64,000 bases of DNA. Origin: Bdellovibrionales bacterium. Its GTDB lineage: Bacteria > Bdellovibrionota > Bdellovibrionia > Bdellovibrionales > UBA1609. Below, in pieces: positions 9,972 to 19,766 of this stretch (positions are counted from its first letter, which is position 1; each line of letters starts with the position of its first letter). Both the position numbers and the translations under genes were made by a program. The stretch covers positions 320,001 through 384,000 of the forward strand of contig CBDHDF010000007.1 of NCBI GenBank assembly GCA_965261545.1, given 5' to 3'. The notes under the pieces are model-generated. The model ran no database searches. It saw only the letters and a program-made list of their open reading frames with translations, and was not told the DNA's origin.

Positions 9972-10895
9972 GGTGGAAAAGAGAGTTTGTGAGAAAGAGC
10001 AAAATAATTTTGATTCTTCTATGGTTTACACTCACTTTGTCCATGGCGGGTTGGTGGGCTACCTTTGCGTTGAGACTTCTTGAGTCGACTCCCAAGGCCG
10101 AGGATGTGGATCGTTTGAGAAGTATGATTTTTTGGGAAGGCTTTGTTTGGATGGCCCTTCTTCTTATTGGAGGACTTTCCCTTATTTTTTATGTCATTAA
10201 AGAGGAGGGGCAGGCGAGAAAGCTTAAGGGGTTTGTTGCCGCTTTTAGCCACGACTTAAAAACTTCATTGGCCAGTTTAAGGTTACAGGCTGAAAGTTTA
10301 AAGGAAGACCTTGCAGATCATTCAAACTTCGCCCCCCCCCAAGGAAGATCTCACTGTGAGATTGATTGCAGACACTGTTCGTTTGGAACTTCAGCTAGAA
10401 AATTCTCTTTTTTTGGCACGGGGATTCGTTCAGAAGCTTTATTTTCAGAACCTTAAAATCAGTGACATTTTAAAGAAAGTAGAACTTAACTGGCCTCAGA
10501 TGAAGTTGGATTTTAAAGAAGAATTTTTGAAAGATCTGCATGTCTATGCAGATGGTCGAGTTCTTCAAAGAATTTTTGACAATATCATTTATAATGCCAT
10601 TATCCATGGCCAAGCCGATGCTATCTCTGTAAGGACTCTGCTCAGGGGACGCCTTTGCTTTCAAGACAATGGAGTGGGTTTTTGTGGGAATCCCCAGAGG
10701 TTGGGCGAAATGTTTTATCGTCATACCCCAAGCAGTGGCAGTGGTATGGGGCTTTACATTGTGTCTCAATTGATGAAAGATATGGGAGGAGCCGCTTCCT
10801 TTCCAGGAGTGGTGCAAACCTCTAAAAAGCCTGAAGGTTTTCAGGTCTGTTTAGAATTCAAGCAACCCTCGATCTCTACTCCTGGAATCTTATGA
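9968..10895 (+). pseudogene. Membrane sensor histidine kinase split by a 1-nt frameshift in a C9 run (10332-10340); may be a sequencing artefact
   Basis: ORF 9968..10456 has 2 TM helices and the H-box FSHDLKTSL; ORF 10311..10895 has NIIYNAIIHG, DNGVG, GSGMGL. Removing one C joins them in frame (FAPPKEDLTVRL). Confidence 0.85.
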
Positions 10896-11608
10896 TTCAC
10901 TTGCTTTTGATAGAAGATGATCCTGCTCTAGGCCAGACTCTTAAAGAGCGTCTTGAAAAAGAAGGCTACAAAGTGTCTTGGGCAACGAGTCTCTCCATGG
11001 CTCGTCAGTATTTAAGGACAAGCTCTGGTGACTTTGGTGGTTCTGGAAGACCCCAAGGGTTCTCACCTCTACGTCTTGCTCTCTTGGATGTGGGTTTGCC
11101 CGATGGCTTGGGGTTTGAATTTGTTGAAGACATTCAGAAAATCTGGCCCATTCCCTTTATTTTTATAACGGCTCAGGCATCTGCTGAAGACCGTTTGCGT
11201 GGGTATGAACTCGGAGCCACCGAGTTTATTCCCAAACCTTTTCACCTCAAAGAAGTCTTAATACGCATCAAGCATGTTTTGGAAAATCATAGTCTTGACA
11301 CCTACAAACTCAAGGATGGCACTCGCATTGAATTTACTTGTCTGAGAATTATCCGTGCCGATGACTCCCTCCAAGAGCTAAGTCTGAAAGAAATGCAGAT
11401 ACTGAAGCTTATCATTGAGAGGTCTCCCCAGGCCGTCAGTCGAGATGTGATTCTCGATGTTATATGGGGAATGGATAAATTCCCAAGCCAAAGAACCATT
11501 GATAATATGATTGTTCGTTTGAGGCAGGCCCTTGGCTTCTATGGGGGCCTTTGCATACGCTCTGTGAGAGGGGTGGGCTACCAATTTATCGATACCTCCC
11601 TACTATAA
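10892..11608 (+). CDS. OmpR-family response regulator
   Basis: LLIEDD, LLDVGLPDG, FITA, FIPKPF, winged-helix VSRD...RTIDNMIVRLR...VRGVGY. Confidence 0.92.
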   Translation: MIHLLLIEDDPALGQTLKERLEKEGYKVSWATSLSMARQYLRTSSGDFGGSGRPQGFSPLRLALLDVGLPDGLGFEFVEDIQKIWPIPFIFITAQASAEDRLRGYELGATEFIPKPFHLKEVLIRIKHVLENHSLDTYKLKDGTRIEFTCLRIIRADDSLQELSLKEMQILKLIIERSPQAVSRDVILDVIWGMDKFPSQRTIDNMIVRLRQALGFYGGLCIRSVRGVGYQFIDTSLL

Positions 11609-11712
11609 TTTTCCTAGCATTGTTTAGGTGTTGACCACTGTATAACAAAAAATGTCACTTTCTTCGTTTCAGTAAACATTGATCTTAGAATCATAAAATA
11701 AAAAATGATGAA

Positions 11713-11732
11713 TATCAATGACTTAAGTCATT
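11713..11732. promoter_or_regulatory. IHF-like site overlapping a perfect 16-bp palindrome
   Basis: TATCAATGACTTA (11713-11725) fits WATCAANNNNTTR; AATGACTTAAGTCATT (11717-11732) is a perfect palindrome about 25-40 bp upstream of a sigma54-type promoter. Confidence 0.5.
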
Positions 11733-11752
11733 ATATACTTCTAACAATTATA

Positions 11753-11770
11753 TTGGAACAGTATTTGCTT
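11753..11770 (+). promoter_or_regulatory. Putative sigma54 (-24/-12) promoter
   Basis: TTGGAACAGTATTTGCTT: GG-N10-GC, close to TGGCAC-N5-TTGC, upstream of ORF 11886. Confidence 0.6.
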
Positions 11771-11885
11771 CTTAGTTAAATTACTTAAAATAGATAATTA
11801 TGTATTGACCAGACATCCATGCTCTCTCGTTCTCTGTAAAAGAGTATAAAAAAGAAAGAGAGTATAAAATAAAGGAGAGAACATT

Positions 11886-12572
11886 ATGAAAATTATGAAA
11901 ACAGTAAAGAAGATGAGTAAATACTCATATTTCAGTTTCACTATGGCGACCGCAAGTATGTTCATGGCTTTTAGTATACATGCGGAGGGACTGCGCACTT
12001 ACCAAGCCATTGATCTGAAAGACTATAAAGATTTAATGGTTGAGTATGAACTGTACGAAATGGGAGGCTATCAAGCAACTTCACTGGAAAATTTAATTGA
12101 AATGAGTGACTCATGGTCTGGGTATTGTTATAACGATGTGTATCCAGTTTTTGCTGATAGTCCTTACCGCCCTACAGTTTTTTTGGATCAAATAAAACTA
12201 AAAAAATTAGTTAGAAATGATACCATCCTAGGAATTAATTCTTCGTCTGTGCATCTAGATATAGAAAATGCTACAAATCTTTATGCAGAAGGTACAAAGA
12301 CTTATTTTATAACTAAAGATAAATCTCTTTTGTTTCCTGGCACTCACTGGTCATTAAAGGTATGCTACTATGAACATGATAGAGAAGAGGTGGTGATAGA
12401 GACGGAAGACCAGTCATGTGTTTATAGTCTTGAAGATCATTCATGGTGTAGAAAAGAAGCAAAGATAAAACAAAAACTTCTTGAATCATGGGATATAAAT
12501 CCGATTTCAGAGCTTCGCGAAGCATGGAATGCAGAAGATGCAATCCCATCGGTCGGCTACCAAGGGATGTAA
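11886..12572 (+). CDS. Hypothetical secreted protein (AT-rich)
   Basis: 228-aa ORF, RBS AAGGAG, signal-peptide-like N-terminus ending ..FSIHA; no recognisable motif. Confidence 0.65.
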   Translation: MKIMKTVKKMSKYSYFSFTMATASMFMAFSIHAEGLRTYQAIDLKDYKDLMVEYELYEMGGYQATSLENLIEMSDSWSGYCYNDVYPVFADSPYRPTVFLDQIKLKKLVRNDTILGINSSSVHLDIENATNLYAEGTKTYFITKDKSLLFPGTHWSLKVCYYEHDREEVVIETEDQSCVYSLEDHSWCRKEAKIKQKLLESWDINPISELREAWNAEDAIPSVGYQGM

Positions 12573-12732
12573 TGTAGTGTTGTCGCGCACACGAACCGAT
12601 CACCCTTAGCCTTTTTACCCTTTACCCTTCTGGCAATAAGAAATGTGGGGCTGCAAACAAACCGCAAATCCACAAATTTTCTATGAAACCATAGGTGTGA
12701 GCAGTTGTGCCGTACTAGTTGTGCCGTACTTA

Positions 12733-13755
12733 TTAGGAATCGGCATGAGTCTCGGGGTCGGTATCCTTTGTTGTATCTTCCTTATCTATTGTATCCGTGG
12801 ATTTTTGAAGGACTGGATTTCTTGTAAAATTGGAGTGCAATTGATCCCGTAGCTTTTTAGCAAGCTCTTCAAGGTGGTTGAATTCATCGCCTTCACGAAG
12901 TCGAAGCTCTCTATCTTTCCCCGCGAGAATATCTTCTAGGAACTTTTCAAAGGCATGTATGGGACCTGCTGTTCGGTGGGATAAGGTTCTTCCAATAATT
13001 AAAAGTGCAATGGTAAAAGCTAAGCTTATCAAAGCAAAGACTGTGAGAAAAGGAATGATAAATTTTTCCTCGATGGCCCTTGGGGAGGAAGTCACCAAAT
13101 CATCAATGATTATCTTGATATAGGTATATGAGAAAACTCCACTGATAATAGAAAAGCCCAAGGCCACAGCGATGAGAATAAAAATGTAGTTCGTTTGAAA
13201 TTTAGGTTTGACCCACCTTGCCTTTCTCTCACTGGAAGAGGGCCATATTTGTTGTTCCTCTTTCACAAGGCCATAGATCAAAAATGCGTAGCCCACCCAT
13301 TGAAGCCCATCTGCCATATTGAAGGCGGGAGTTATCAACTTAAGGGAGCCTATTTGCCAGTTTGGTGAGCCAAGAATCAAAAAGTCCACCACAGATCCCC
13401 ATATAATGCGGTCAGAGACATTGCCAATAATGCCTCCGAGTAAGATTGACATCCCACTTCGAAGAGCGAGAGATTTACGAGAAATGAGATATTGTAGAAA
13501 AATATAAATAAAAATGAGAAAGGCTCCTCCTGTGGATAGGGAAACAATCCTCAAAATGGGTGGTAAATCTGAAAACATCCCCAGCATGGCACCAGGGTTT
13601 TTGTGCAGAACAAAACCAATCGGTCCGTAAAAATTCAAGCCTTCAAGGGAGTAAAGAGCCCATAGTTTTGTGAGCCTATCGAGAATCCAAGTCGCAAAAA
13701 CCAATCCAATAACTAAAAACCACTCTCGCTTTCTCATTTGTTTAGAGTCTATCAC
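12733..13755 (-). CDS. lspA: Lipoprotein signal peptidase II with C-terminal 2-TM + HAMP-like extension
   Basis: DRLTK, NPGAMLG, GGIIGNVSDR, VVDF, FNMAD; C-terminal SHRTAGPIHAFEKFLEDILAG..RLREGDEF. Confidence 0.85.
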   Translation of the reverse strand: MIDSKQMRKREWFLVIGLVFATWILDRLTKLWALYSLEGLNFYGPIGFVLHKNPGAMLGMFSDLPPILRIVSLSTGGAFLIFIYIFLQYLISRKSLALRSGMSILLGGIIGNVSDRIIWGSVVDFLILGSPNWQIGSLKLITPAFNMADGLQWVGYAFLIYGLVKEEQQIWPSSSERKARWVKPKFQTNYIFILIAVALGFSIISGVFSYTYIKIIIDDLVTSSPRAIEEKFIIPFLTVFALISLAFTIALLIIGRTLSHRTAGPIHAFEKFLEDILAGKDRELRLREGDEFNHLEELAKKLRDQLHSNFTRNPVLQKSTDTIDKEDTTKDTDPETHADS

Positions 13756-13968
13756 TTTTAGGGAAAGATACTATAAAAGATCGTTGTGCCAGAAGATTGT
13801 TGTGCCAGAAGATCGCAGTTGCCAAGAGCTTAGCAAAACAGCCGCCTCACTCCTGGGTGGATGGCGAGAGACATCCAGGGAGGTTCTAGGCAAGCACTTC
13901 ACAGGGAAGGACACCAGGCACATTTAACTGGCGAATGACATTAAGCATTATTGACGTTATAGTGATGG

Positions 13969-15594
13969 GTGCCGTATTGCTTGGTTAAGATGTTAGATCA
14001 ATTCATAACTCACTTGGTTTTATTGGTTCTATTTGTTTTTATGAACTCCTTCACCATGTCCACAGGGGCTGCGGTCATGGAGAGGGCTAAAGAACAAAAA
14101 AAACACTCTTCCCACCTACTGGCCAAGTCGTTGGAAAAGTGGGTGTCTAAAAGTTCTCTTCCTTTAAAGTCCATGGGAATCGTGGTGCAAGACCTGAAGA
14201 CGGGAGAAATTTTATATGAACTCAATGGCCACAAGCCCTACACTCCTGCTTCTCTCACGAAGTTTGCCACGGCCTATGGAGTCTTGAAAGAAATGAAAGG
14301 AACACAAACCTTCGTCACGCGTTTGCTTAGTTCGGCTCCAATAAATTCCCATGGAAAGCTACGTGGTGATTTGTATTTGGTTGGTGGAGGGGACCCCACT
14401 TTTGTATCTGAATCCATGTGGAGGCTTGTCAATCACCTGAAAAGAACTGGTTTGACCTCCGTGACAGGCAATCTCGTTGTGGATGACTCCCTTTTTCAGT
14501 ACTTTCGGTATGGCAAGGCGGCTGGACGTGTGGATAGGGCCTATGATGCCCCAACAAGCGCCATGTCTTTTAACTGGAATAGTGTGAATGTTTACGTTAG
14601 ACCTTCTGAAGTGGGGCATTCCCCTTTTGTGTTTGCAGACCCTGAAAATGAATTTGTTGAAGTTATCAACAGGGCACAAACAATTCGCGGAAAGAGAAAT
14701 AGCATTCTCGTTCGAAGAGTTGAGGTCAAATTTCAGGACTCCTACAAAAATCAAATTGTAGTGACAGGGAAGCTGGGTGTGGACCGAGGAGAAATGGTCA
14801 TTTACAAAAGTATTACAAGGCCCAGTCTGTGGAGTGGCTACAACCTTAAGGCTTTCTTGGAGCGTCGGGGAATAGAAGTTCATGGGAAAGTTCTTAGGGG
14901 CCATTTCCCTCTCTCTCAGCAAGTGACCGAGTGGGCCCGGGTGGAGTCAGAGCCCTTGTCCCACTCCATCACCAAAATGATGAAGTTTTCCAACAACTAT
15001 ATTTCAAATATGCTTATTCAATCTTTAGCTCTTCAAAGTCAGAACCAGAATCAGAGCCAGGACCACAGGCCACAGCAAAGACAAGGTCACACACAACACC
15101 ACAAGCCACAGCAAAAGCCCGCAGGGTCTGCAAGTAGGCGGGAGGGGTTAAGGATTTTATCTCAAATTCTTAAAGACCAAGGTTTTATGGATTTTCACAT
15201 TGAAAGTAGTTCGGGCCTCTCTCATAAGAATAAACTTAGGCCCATAGATATCAGTCGTTTGCTCAAAATATCCCTGGAAGATTTTTCTATATTTCCCGAA
15301 TGGGTGTCAGCCCTCCCCATTGCCGGTCGGGATGGAACACTTAAAAGAAGGTTTCTTGTCAACCCAGGTGGCGTTCGCGCTAAGACGGGTCTTTTGAGTG
15401 GCGTGGTGGCTTTGGCTGGCTATGCTGGACCGTCAGAAGCACCCCCCTCCCCCTCCTCATCCCAGCAGGGTGGTTCGTCTCCCTCGGTCAGGAGCCACCT
15501 TAAAAGTTTTGTCTTGATCTACAACGGTAAGACTGAGGGTATGAGTAAGGCAAAACTTTTATTCGAGAATATGGCCCTTCAACTCACAAAGTAG
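13969..15594 (+). CDS. dacB: D-alanyl-D-alanine carboxypeptidase/endopeptidase (PBP4, peptidase S13)
   Basis: PASLTK (SxxK), GGGDPTF, SNN, SGLS, LPIAGRDGTL, AKTG; two low-complexity loop insertions; start uncertain. Confidence 0.9.
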   Translation: MPYCLVKMLDQFITHLVLLVLFVFMNSFTMSTGAAVMERAKEQKKHSSHLLAKSLEKWVSKSSLPLKSMGIVVQDLKTGEILYELNGHKPYTPASLTKFATAYGVLKEMKGTQTFVTRLLSSAPINSHGKLRGDLYLVGGGDPTFVSESMWRLVNHLKRTGLTSVTGNLVVDDSLFQYFRYGKAAGRVDRAYDAPTSAMSFNWNSVNVYVRPSEVGHSPFVFADPENEFVEVINRAQTIRGKRNSILVRRVEVKFQDSYKNQIVVTGKLGVDRGEMVIYKSITRPSLWSGYNLKAFLERRGIEVHGKVLRGHFPLSQQVTEWARVESEPLSHSITKMMKFSNNYISNMLIQSLALQSQNQNQSQDHRPQQRQGHTQHHKPQQKPAGSASRREGLRILSQILKDQGFMDFHIESSSGLSHKNKLRPIDISRLLKISLEDFSIFPEWVSALPIAGRDGTLKRRFLVNPGGVRAKTGLLSGVVALAGYAGPSEAPPSPSSSQQGGSSPSVRSHLKSFVLIYNGKTEGMSKAKLLFENMALQLTK

Positions 15595-15757
15595 GGTTTC
15601 AACAGCCGTTTGAACTTGAATTAAATCTTTCAGCACTTAACCTTTGAGACTTTGGTCGTGGTGAGGCGGAAAAATCCGTGTCTTACTTTAGGTTTTTCTC
15701 AATTATTTCCGATACTTTACTGTGTGAAATGGGCCTTGAAAACACAAAGGAGGGGTT

Positions 15758-16666
15758 GTGTTCAGTATAGAGTGGCTATTGTTATTGGGTGGCCTCGGTC
15801 TTTTTGCCTTGGGTGTCTACCTCTTTATCAGTGAAATTTTTGCTGGAAATGCCGATGAAGAGGCTCTTGCCTGGGCTTCAGACAATGAACCGAAACTCTC
15901 TAAGTCCAGCTTTATCAATTTCTCAAGACCCTTGGTTCATAACCTCACCCTACAGCACACAACCAAAATTAAAAATAAAGCCTATCGCCAAAAGGTGAAG
16001 AAAAAAATTATGACGGCGGGTTTATCCAAAGAACTCAACGTGGATGAATTCATTGGGCTTCAAATCCTATGGGGAGTGATGTTTCCCATTTTTGTGGTCA
16101 TTTTAAACTTTGCTCTTCAGTTGGGTTATAGTTACGCTCTTTGTCTTTTGCTAGGTCTTTTTGGCATCTATTTTCCTCATCTTCACTGCTCTCAGTGTAA
16201 AAAGCATCGTTATGGTGCTGTTATTTTGGACCTGCCTTTTTTCATTGACCTTCTTGCACTTTCCACAGAAGCAGGTTTGGATTTCATTAATGCCATGCAA
16301 AGAATTGTTGAGAAGGCTGAAAACAGTGTGCTTGCCGATGAATTTTCCATCGTTCTTAAAGACATTAAATTGGGAAGTTCAAGGGCTGAAGCTCTTAGAG
16401 AATTGGCAGAAAGACTTGATATTCCAGAGGTGACAAGTTTGTGTGCAGTGATTATTGACGCCGATTATACGGGGGCGAGCATTGCCGATGTTCTTAAAGA
16501 GCAGTCGGCCCAAATGAGATTGGAACGCTTTGTGAGAGCTGAAAAAGCGGGGGCAAGGGCTTCCCAGGCTATTCTTGTTCCCATGATGATTTTCATTCTT
16601 CCGGCGGTGTTTATTATGGTTTTTGCCCCTGTTATTATCCAATTTGCCTCGGGAGGTGGGCCATGA
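15758..16666 (+). CDS. tadC: Tad/type II secretion F-family inner-membrane platform protein (TadC-like)
   Basis: DLPFFIDLLALSTEAGLDFINA, G.SRAEAL, GASIADVL, R.ER..RAEK, PMMIFILPAVF. Confidence 0.85.
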   Translation: MFSIEWLLLLGGLGLFALGVYLFISEIFAGNADEEALAWASDNEPKLSKSSFINFSRPLVHNLTLQHTTKIKNKAYRQKVKKKIMTAGLSKELNVDEFIGLQILWGVMFPIFVVILNFALQLGYSYALCLLLGLFGIYFPHLHCSQCKKHRYGAVILDLPFFIDLLALSTEAGLDFINAMQRIVEKAENSVLADEFSIVLKDIKLGSSRAEALRELAERLDIPEVTSLCAVIIDADYTGASIADVLKEQSAQMRLERFVRAEKAGARASQAILVPMMIFILPAVFIMVFAPVIIQFASGGGP

Positions 16667-17025
16667 ACGGCCCTGTTGTGAACTCTATTGTGAACCTTCG
16701 AACCCATGAAGTTTTATTCTCCCATATTTTTGTTCCCACCACTTTTTTAAAACGCACCCTTGGTCTTATGGGGCAGAAGGCTCTTGAGGAGGGTGCAGCC
16801 CTTATGATTACTCGCTGCGGGAGTATCCATACGCACTTTATGCGTTTTGCAATGGATGCTATTTTTGTGGACAAAGATCTTAAAGTTCAATCTATTTATA
16901 AAAATATAAAACCTTGGAGGTTTGTTTTCGCCGGTCCGACCTCCTATTCGGTCATAGAATTTACCAGTGATTATTTTGACTACAGAAAAATTCGTCTAGG
17001 AGATCAACTCAGTGTGGGAAATTAG
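16663..17025 (+). CDS. DUF192-family protein
   Basis: R..GLMG, SIHTHFMRFAMDAIFVD, IKPWR, SVIE, GD.L. Confidence 0.85.
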   Translation: MNGPVVNSIVNLRTHEVLFSHIFVPTTFLKRTLGLMGQKALEEGAALMITRCGSIHTHFMRFAMDAIFVDKDLKVQSIYKNIKPWRFVFAGPTSYSVIEFTSDYFDYRKIRLGDQLSVGN

Positions 17026-18742
17026 AGTCCTCACAGGATCCCAAAGGGGTCAAAAATTCTTACTCTCTCGTGGCACCTACAGGGTGGGGCGCAGCCCTTC
17101 CTGCGAGGTAACTCTTCAGCATTCTCAAGTTTCCAAGGAGCATGCATGTATTCAAGTTTACGGTGACGGTATTGTGATTTTTGATATGAAGTCCAGAAAT
17201 GGAACCTTTGTCAATGGGACTCAAATTCAAAGCTATATCTTAAAGCCTCAAGACCAGGTTGTTATTTATGACATTCATTTGCAAATAGTGCCGGCCTCGG
17301 CTCCCGCCAACCACGATCCAGACTTTGGCCCTACCAATGCTTTCAATGATTTTTCGGAAAATCAGGCAAGTTTTCATCACGCCTCCGCCCATGGCTCCCC
17401 TCGCCCAGGTCCCCATTCTGACTCCCACCCAGGTCCTTCCAATTCCCACCTGGGTTCCCAGCCCGGCCCTTACCCTGGGCCTCATCCTGACTTTCATCCT
17501 GAAGGCTTGGGAGATGAACCTCTCAGTGGAGGGCAAGGTTCAGCAGCAAGTAGCCTCTTGGACAAACTCCATCAGTACATTGAGGAAGTGGCCTTGCCTG
17601 CCATTTACAAGATTCCAGAAATCATGGAAGCCAAATGGGCCATGGGCCTTTTTATTTTGGGTTTTGCCACCATTGTTACATTTCTTTCAGCCGTACCAGC
17701 TCTTCATTTGCTCAAGTCAAATGTAGAAAAAGAAGCTGAAAAAAGAGCGGTGACCATCGCTACAGCGATGGTTCGTGAAAATAGAAACGCCATTGCAACA
17801 CAAGTGCAAACAGCTCTCAGTGTTCAGGCGGCGGCAAATGAAGCTGGTGTCAACAGGGCCCTTATTGTCTCTAACCCCGAGGGAACGATTATGGCGCCGG
17901 CAAGTCTTGCCGGTCAGTATGCTTCGAAAACTCCCTTTATCTATTCGGCCATCAAGGACCCCTCACAAGTGGTGGAGTCCATAGGCGACAACCTCATTGG
18001 GGTTTCTATACCTATAAAGTTTTATAAACCCTCCACGGGAGAGGCTCATATTGTTGCCAATGCCATTCTTATTTACGATATGTCATCCATCGCCATTCAA
18101 AATGCCCAAGTGACAAGCCTTTATATCCAGATATATGCATTGGCTCTTCTCTTTGGTGCCCTTCTTCTTTTTTTCATTTACAAAATGACAAATCACCCCA
18201 TTGAAGGAATCAACAAGCAGTTGGATGAGGTGCTTAGAGCGGGAACTCTTCAAGAAGACGCAACTCATATACAATCCTCTTATAATTTGGCGAGTTTGCA
18301 GCGTATGGTTTCTAATATCAACAGCGCCTTAAGTAGAATGAATCAGGGAGATAGCCCTGAGAATTCCATGGGGATGGAGTATGACAGAAGTCAAGAACTG
18401 ACTCATCTTGTTCAACTGATCGGCTTTGGGGCTATTGGCATCACCTCCCATAATCTCTCAGTGGCCGCTGTCAATAGTGAGTTTCAGGAAAGCACGGGAA
18501 TGAGTGCCGAGGAGTTACTTTACACCCCTGTGGAGAATATGACAGATCAAGCTCTTAAGCTGAGCCTCCAAGATCTCATTGAGCGTGCCCAAAATCCATC
18601 CGATTCCATGGTGAGCAATGAGCTTGAAGTGGCAGGTATCAATTACGAGCTTGTCATTCAGCCCATCTATGGAAAAGCTTCCATTGCTTACTATCTCATT
18701 GTTATGTTTCCCCGCGAGGGTTCTGAAGAGGGTGTGGCATGA
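17012..18742 (+). CDS. FHA-domain membrane protein with periplasmic and PAS-like regions
   Basis: VGRS, VSKEHA, DMKSRNGTFVNG; His/Pro-rich linker; two TM helices. Confidence 0.85.
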   Translation: MWEIRVLTGSQRGQKFLLSRGTYRVGRSPSCEVTLQHSQVSKEHACIQVYGDGIVIFDMKSRNGTFVNGTQIQSYILKPQDQVVIYDIHLQIVPASAPANHDPDFGPTNAFNDFSENQASFHHASAHGSPRPGPHSDSHPGPSNSHLGSQPGPYPGPHPDFHPEGLGDEPLSGGQGSAASSLLDKLHQYIEEVALPAIYKIPEIMEAKWAMGLFILGFATIVTFLSAVPALHLLKSNVEKEAEKRAVTIATAMVRENRNAIATQVQTALSVQAAANEAGVNRALIVSNPEGTIMAPASLAGQYASKTPFIYSAIKDPSQVVESIGDNLIGVSIPIKFYKPSTGEAHIVANAILIYDMSSIAIQNAQVTSLYIQIYALALLFGALLLFFIYKMTNHPIEGINKQLDEVLRAGTLQEDATHIQSSYNLASLQRMVSNINSALSRMNQGDSPENSMGMEYDRSQELTHLVQLIGFGAIGITSHNLSVAAVNSEFQESTGMSAEELLYTPVENMTDQALKLSLQDLIERAQNPSDSMVSNELEVAGINYELVIQPIYGKASIAYYLIVMFPREGSEEGVA

Positions 18743-19716
18743 GCCAGGCCATTTCGTCCGCCCCTCAACAGGGTCAGAAAAATATTGTTATAAATATTCT
18801 CAGTGGGTCTCAAAAGGGCTCTCGTTTTCAAGCTTGTTTGGTGCTTGGCAAATCTTTGACTGTAGGAAGAGGGGATAGCAACGATATTCAACTTCATGGG
18901 GACCCCAATATCAGCCGGCAACACTTTAAAATATCCCTTGAAGGTGGTGGTCTCTCCATGGAGAGTTTGAATACCAAAAACCCTGTGTGGGCTCAAGGCC
19001 AACCTCTTCAACAAACAAAGATCGAAGGTGTGGCTCACTTTGTGGTCGGGCAAACAGAGCTTGAAATCACTGTGGTTGGAAATCAAAATCATCAAACCTC
19101 TCAGTTTTCCCAACCCCCCCAGCCTCGGAGAATGACTTTACCCCATCAACAAGCCCAAGCCATGCCAGCCTTTTTTCAAAAAAAGAAAAAGAAACAAAAA
19201 GCTCTTTGGGTGATTGTGGCTGTCATGGGTTTATTGCTCTTTTTGGGAGATAAGAAAAAGCCTGTGGAGCCACCTCAACTTCGTACGGAAGAAGATGTGA
19301 ACAATGAGATTGCGACACAAAAGGAAGTTATTAAACAACTCAAAGAAAAGAATATCAAATTGGGAAAATCGACCATCCAATTTAAAACAGCTCAAGCAAG
19401 TTATATCAAGGGATTTAGAGACTACAAGCATGGGCAGTATCAAAGAGCGACCCAGTCCTTCCAAGCTTGCTTAAGTATTTATCCTCCCCATACTCTTTGT
19501 CGAAGGTACTTGGGGTTGGCGCAAAAGCGATTTAGTGAACTTGTACAGTACCACATGGTGCTTGGAAAGAAGTCTTTAGACAAGAAGCAGTACCGTGCAT
19601 GCATGACATCTTTTAACAATGTGATGGTGATGATAAGTGATAAAAGTGATAAGGTATTCATCGAGGCAAGGTCCAATTATGATATTTGTGAATACCATGA
19701 TCGGAAGAGGTTTTGA
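18739..19716 (+). CDS. FHA-domain, single-TM, TPR-like protein
   Basis: VGRG, DPNISRQH; TM after a Lys run; helical Cys-containing C-terminus. Confidence 0.8.
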   Translation: MSQAISSAPQQGQKNIVINILSGSQKGSRFQACLVLGKSLTVGRGDSNDIQLHGDPNISRQHFKISLEGGGLSMESLNTKNPVWAQGQPLQQTKIEGVAHFVVGQTELEITVVGNQNHQTSQFSQPPQPRRMTLPHQQAQAMPAFFQKKKKKQKALWVIVAVMGLLLFLGDKKKPVEPPQLRTEEDVNNEIATQKEVIKQLKEKNIKLGKSTIQFKTAQASYIKGFRDYKHGQYQRATQSFQACLSIYPPHTLCRRYLGLAQKRFSELVQYHMVLGKKSLDKKQYRACMTSFNNVMVMISDKSDKVFIEARSNYDICEYHDRKRF

Positions 19717-19766
19717 CGAGGTCTACGAGGTTCTGAGGAAAGAGATTTTAAGGGAAGAAATTTTAA

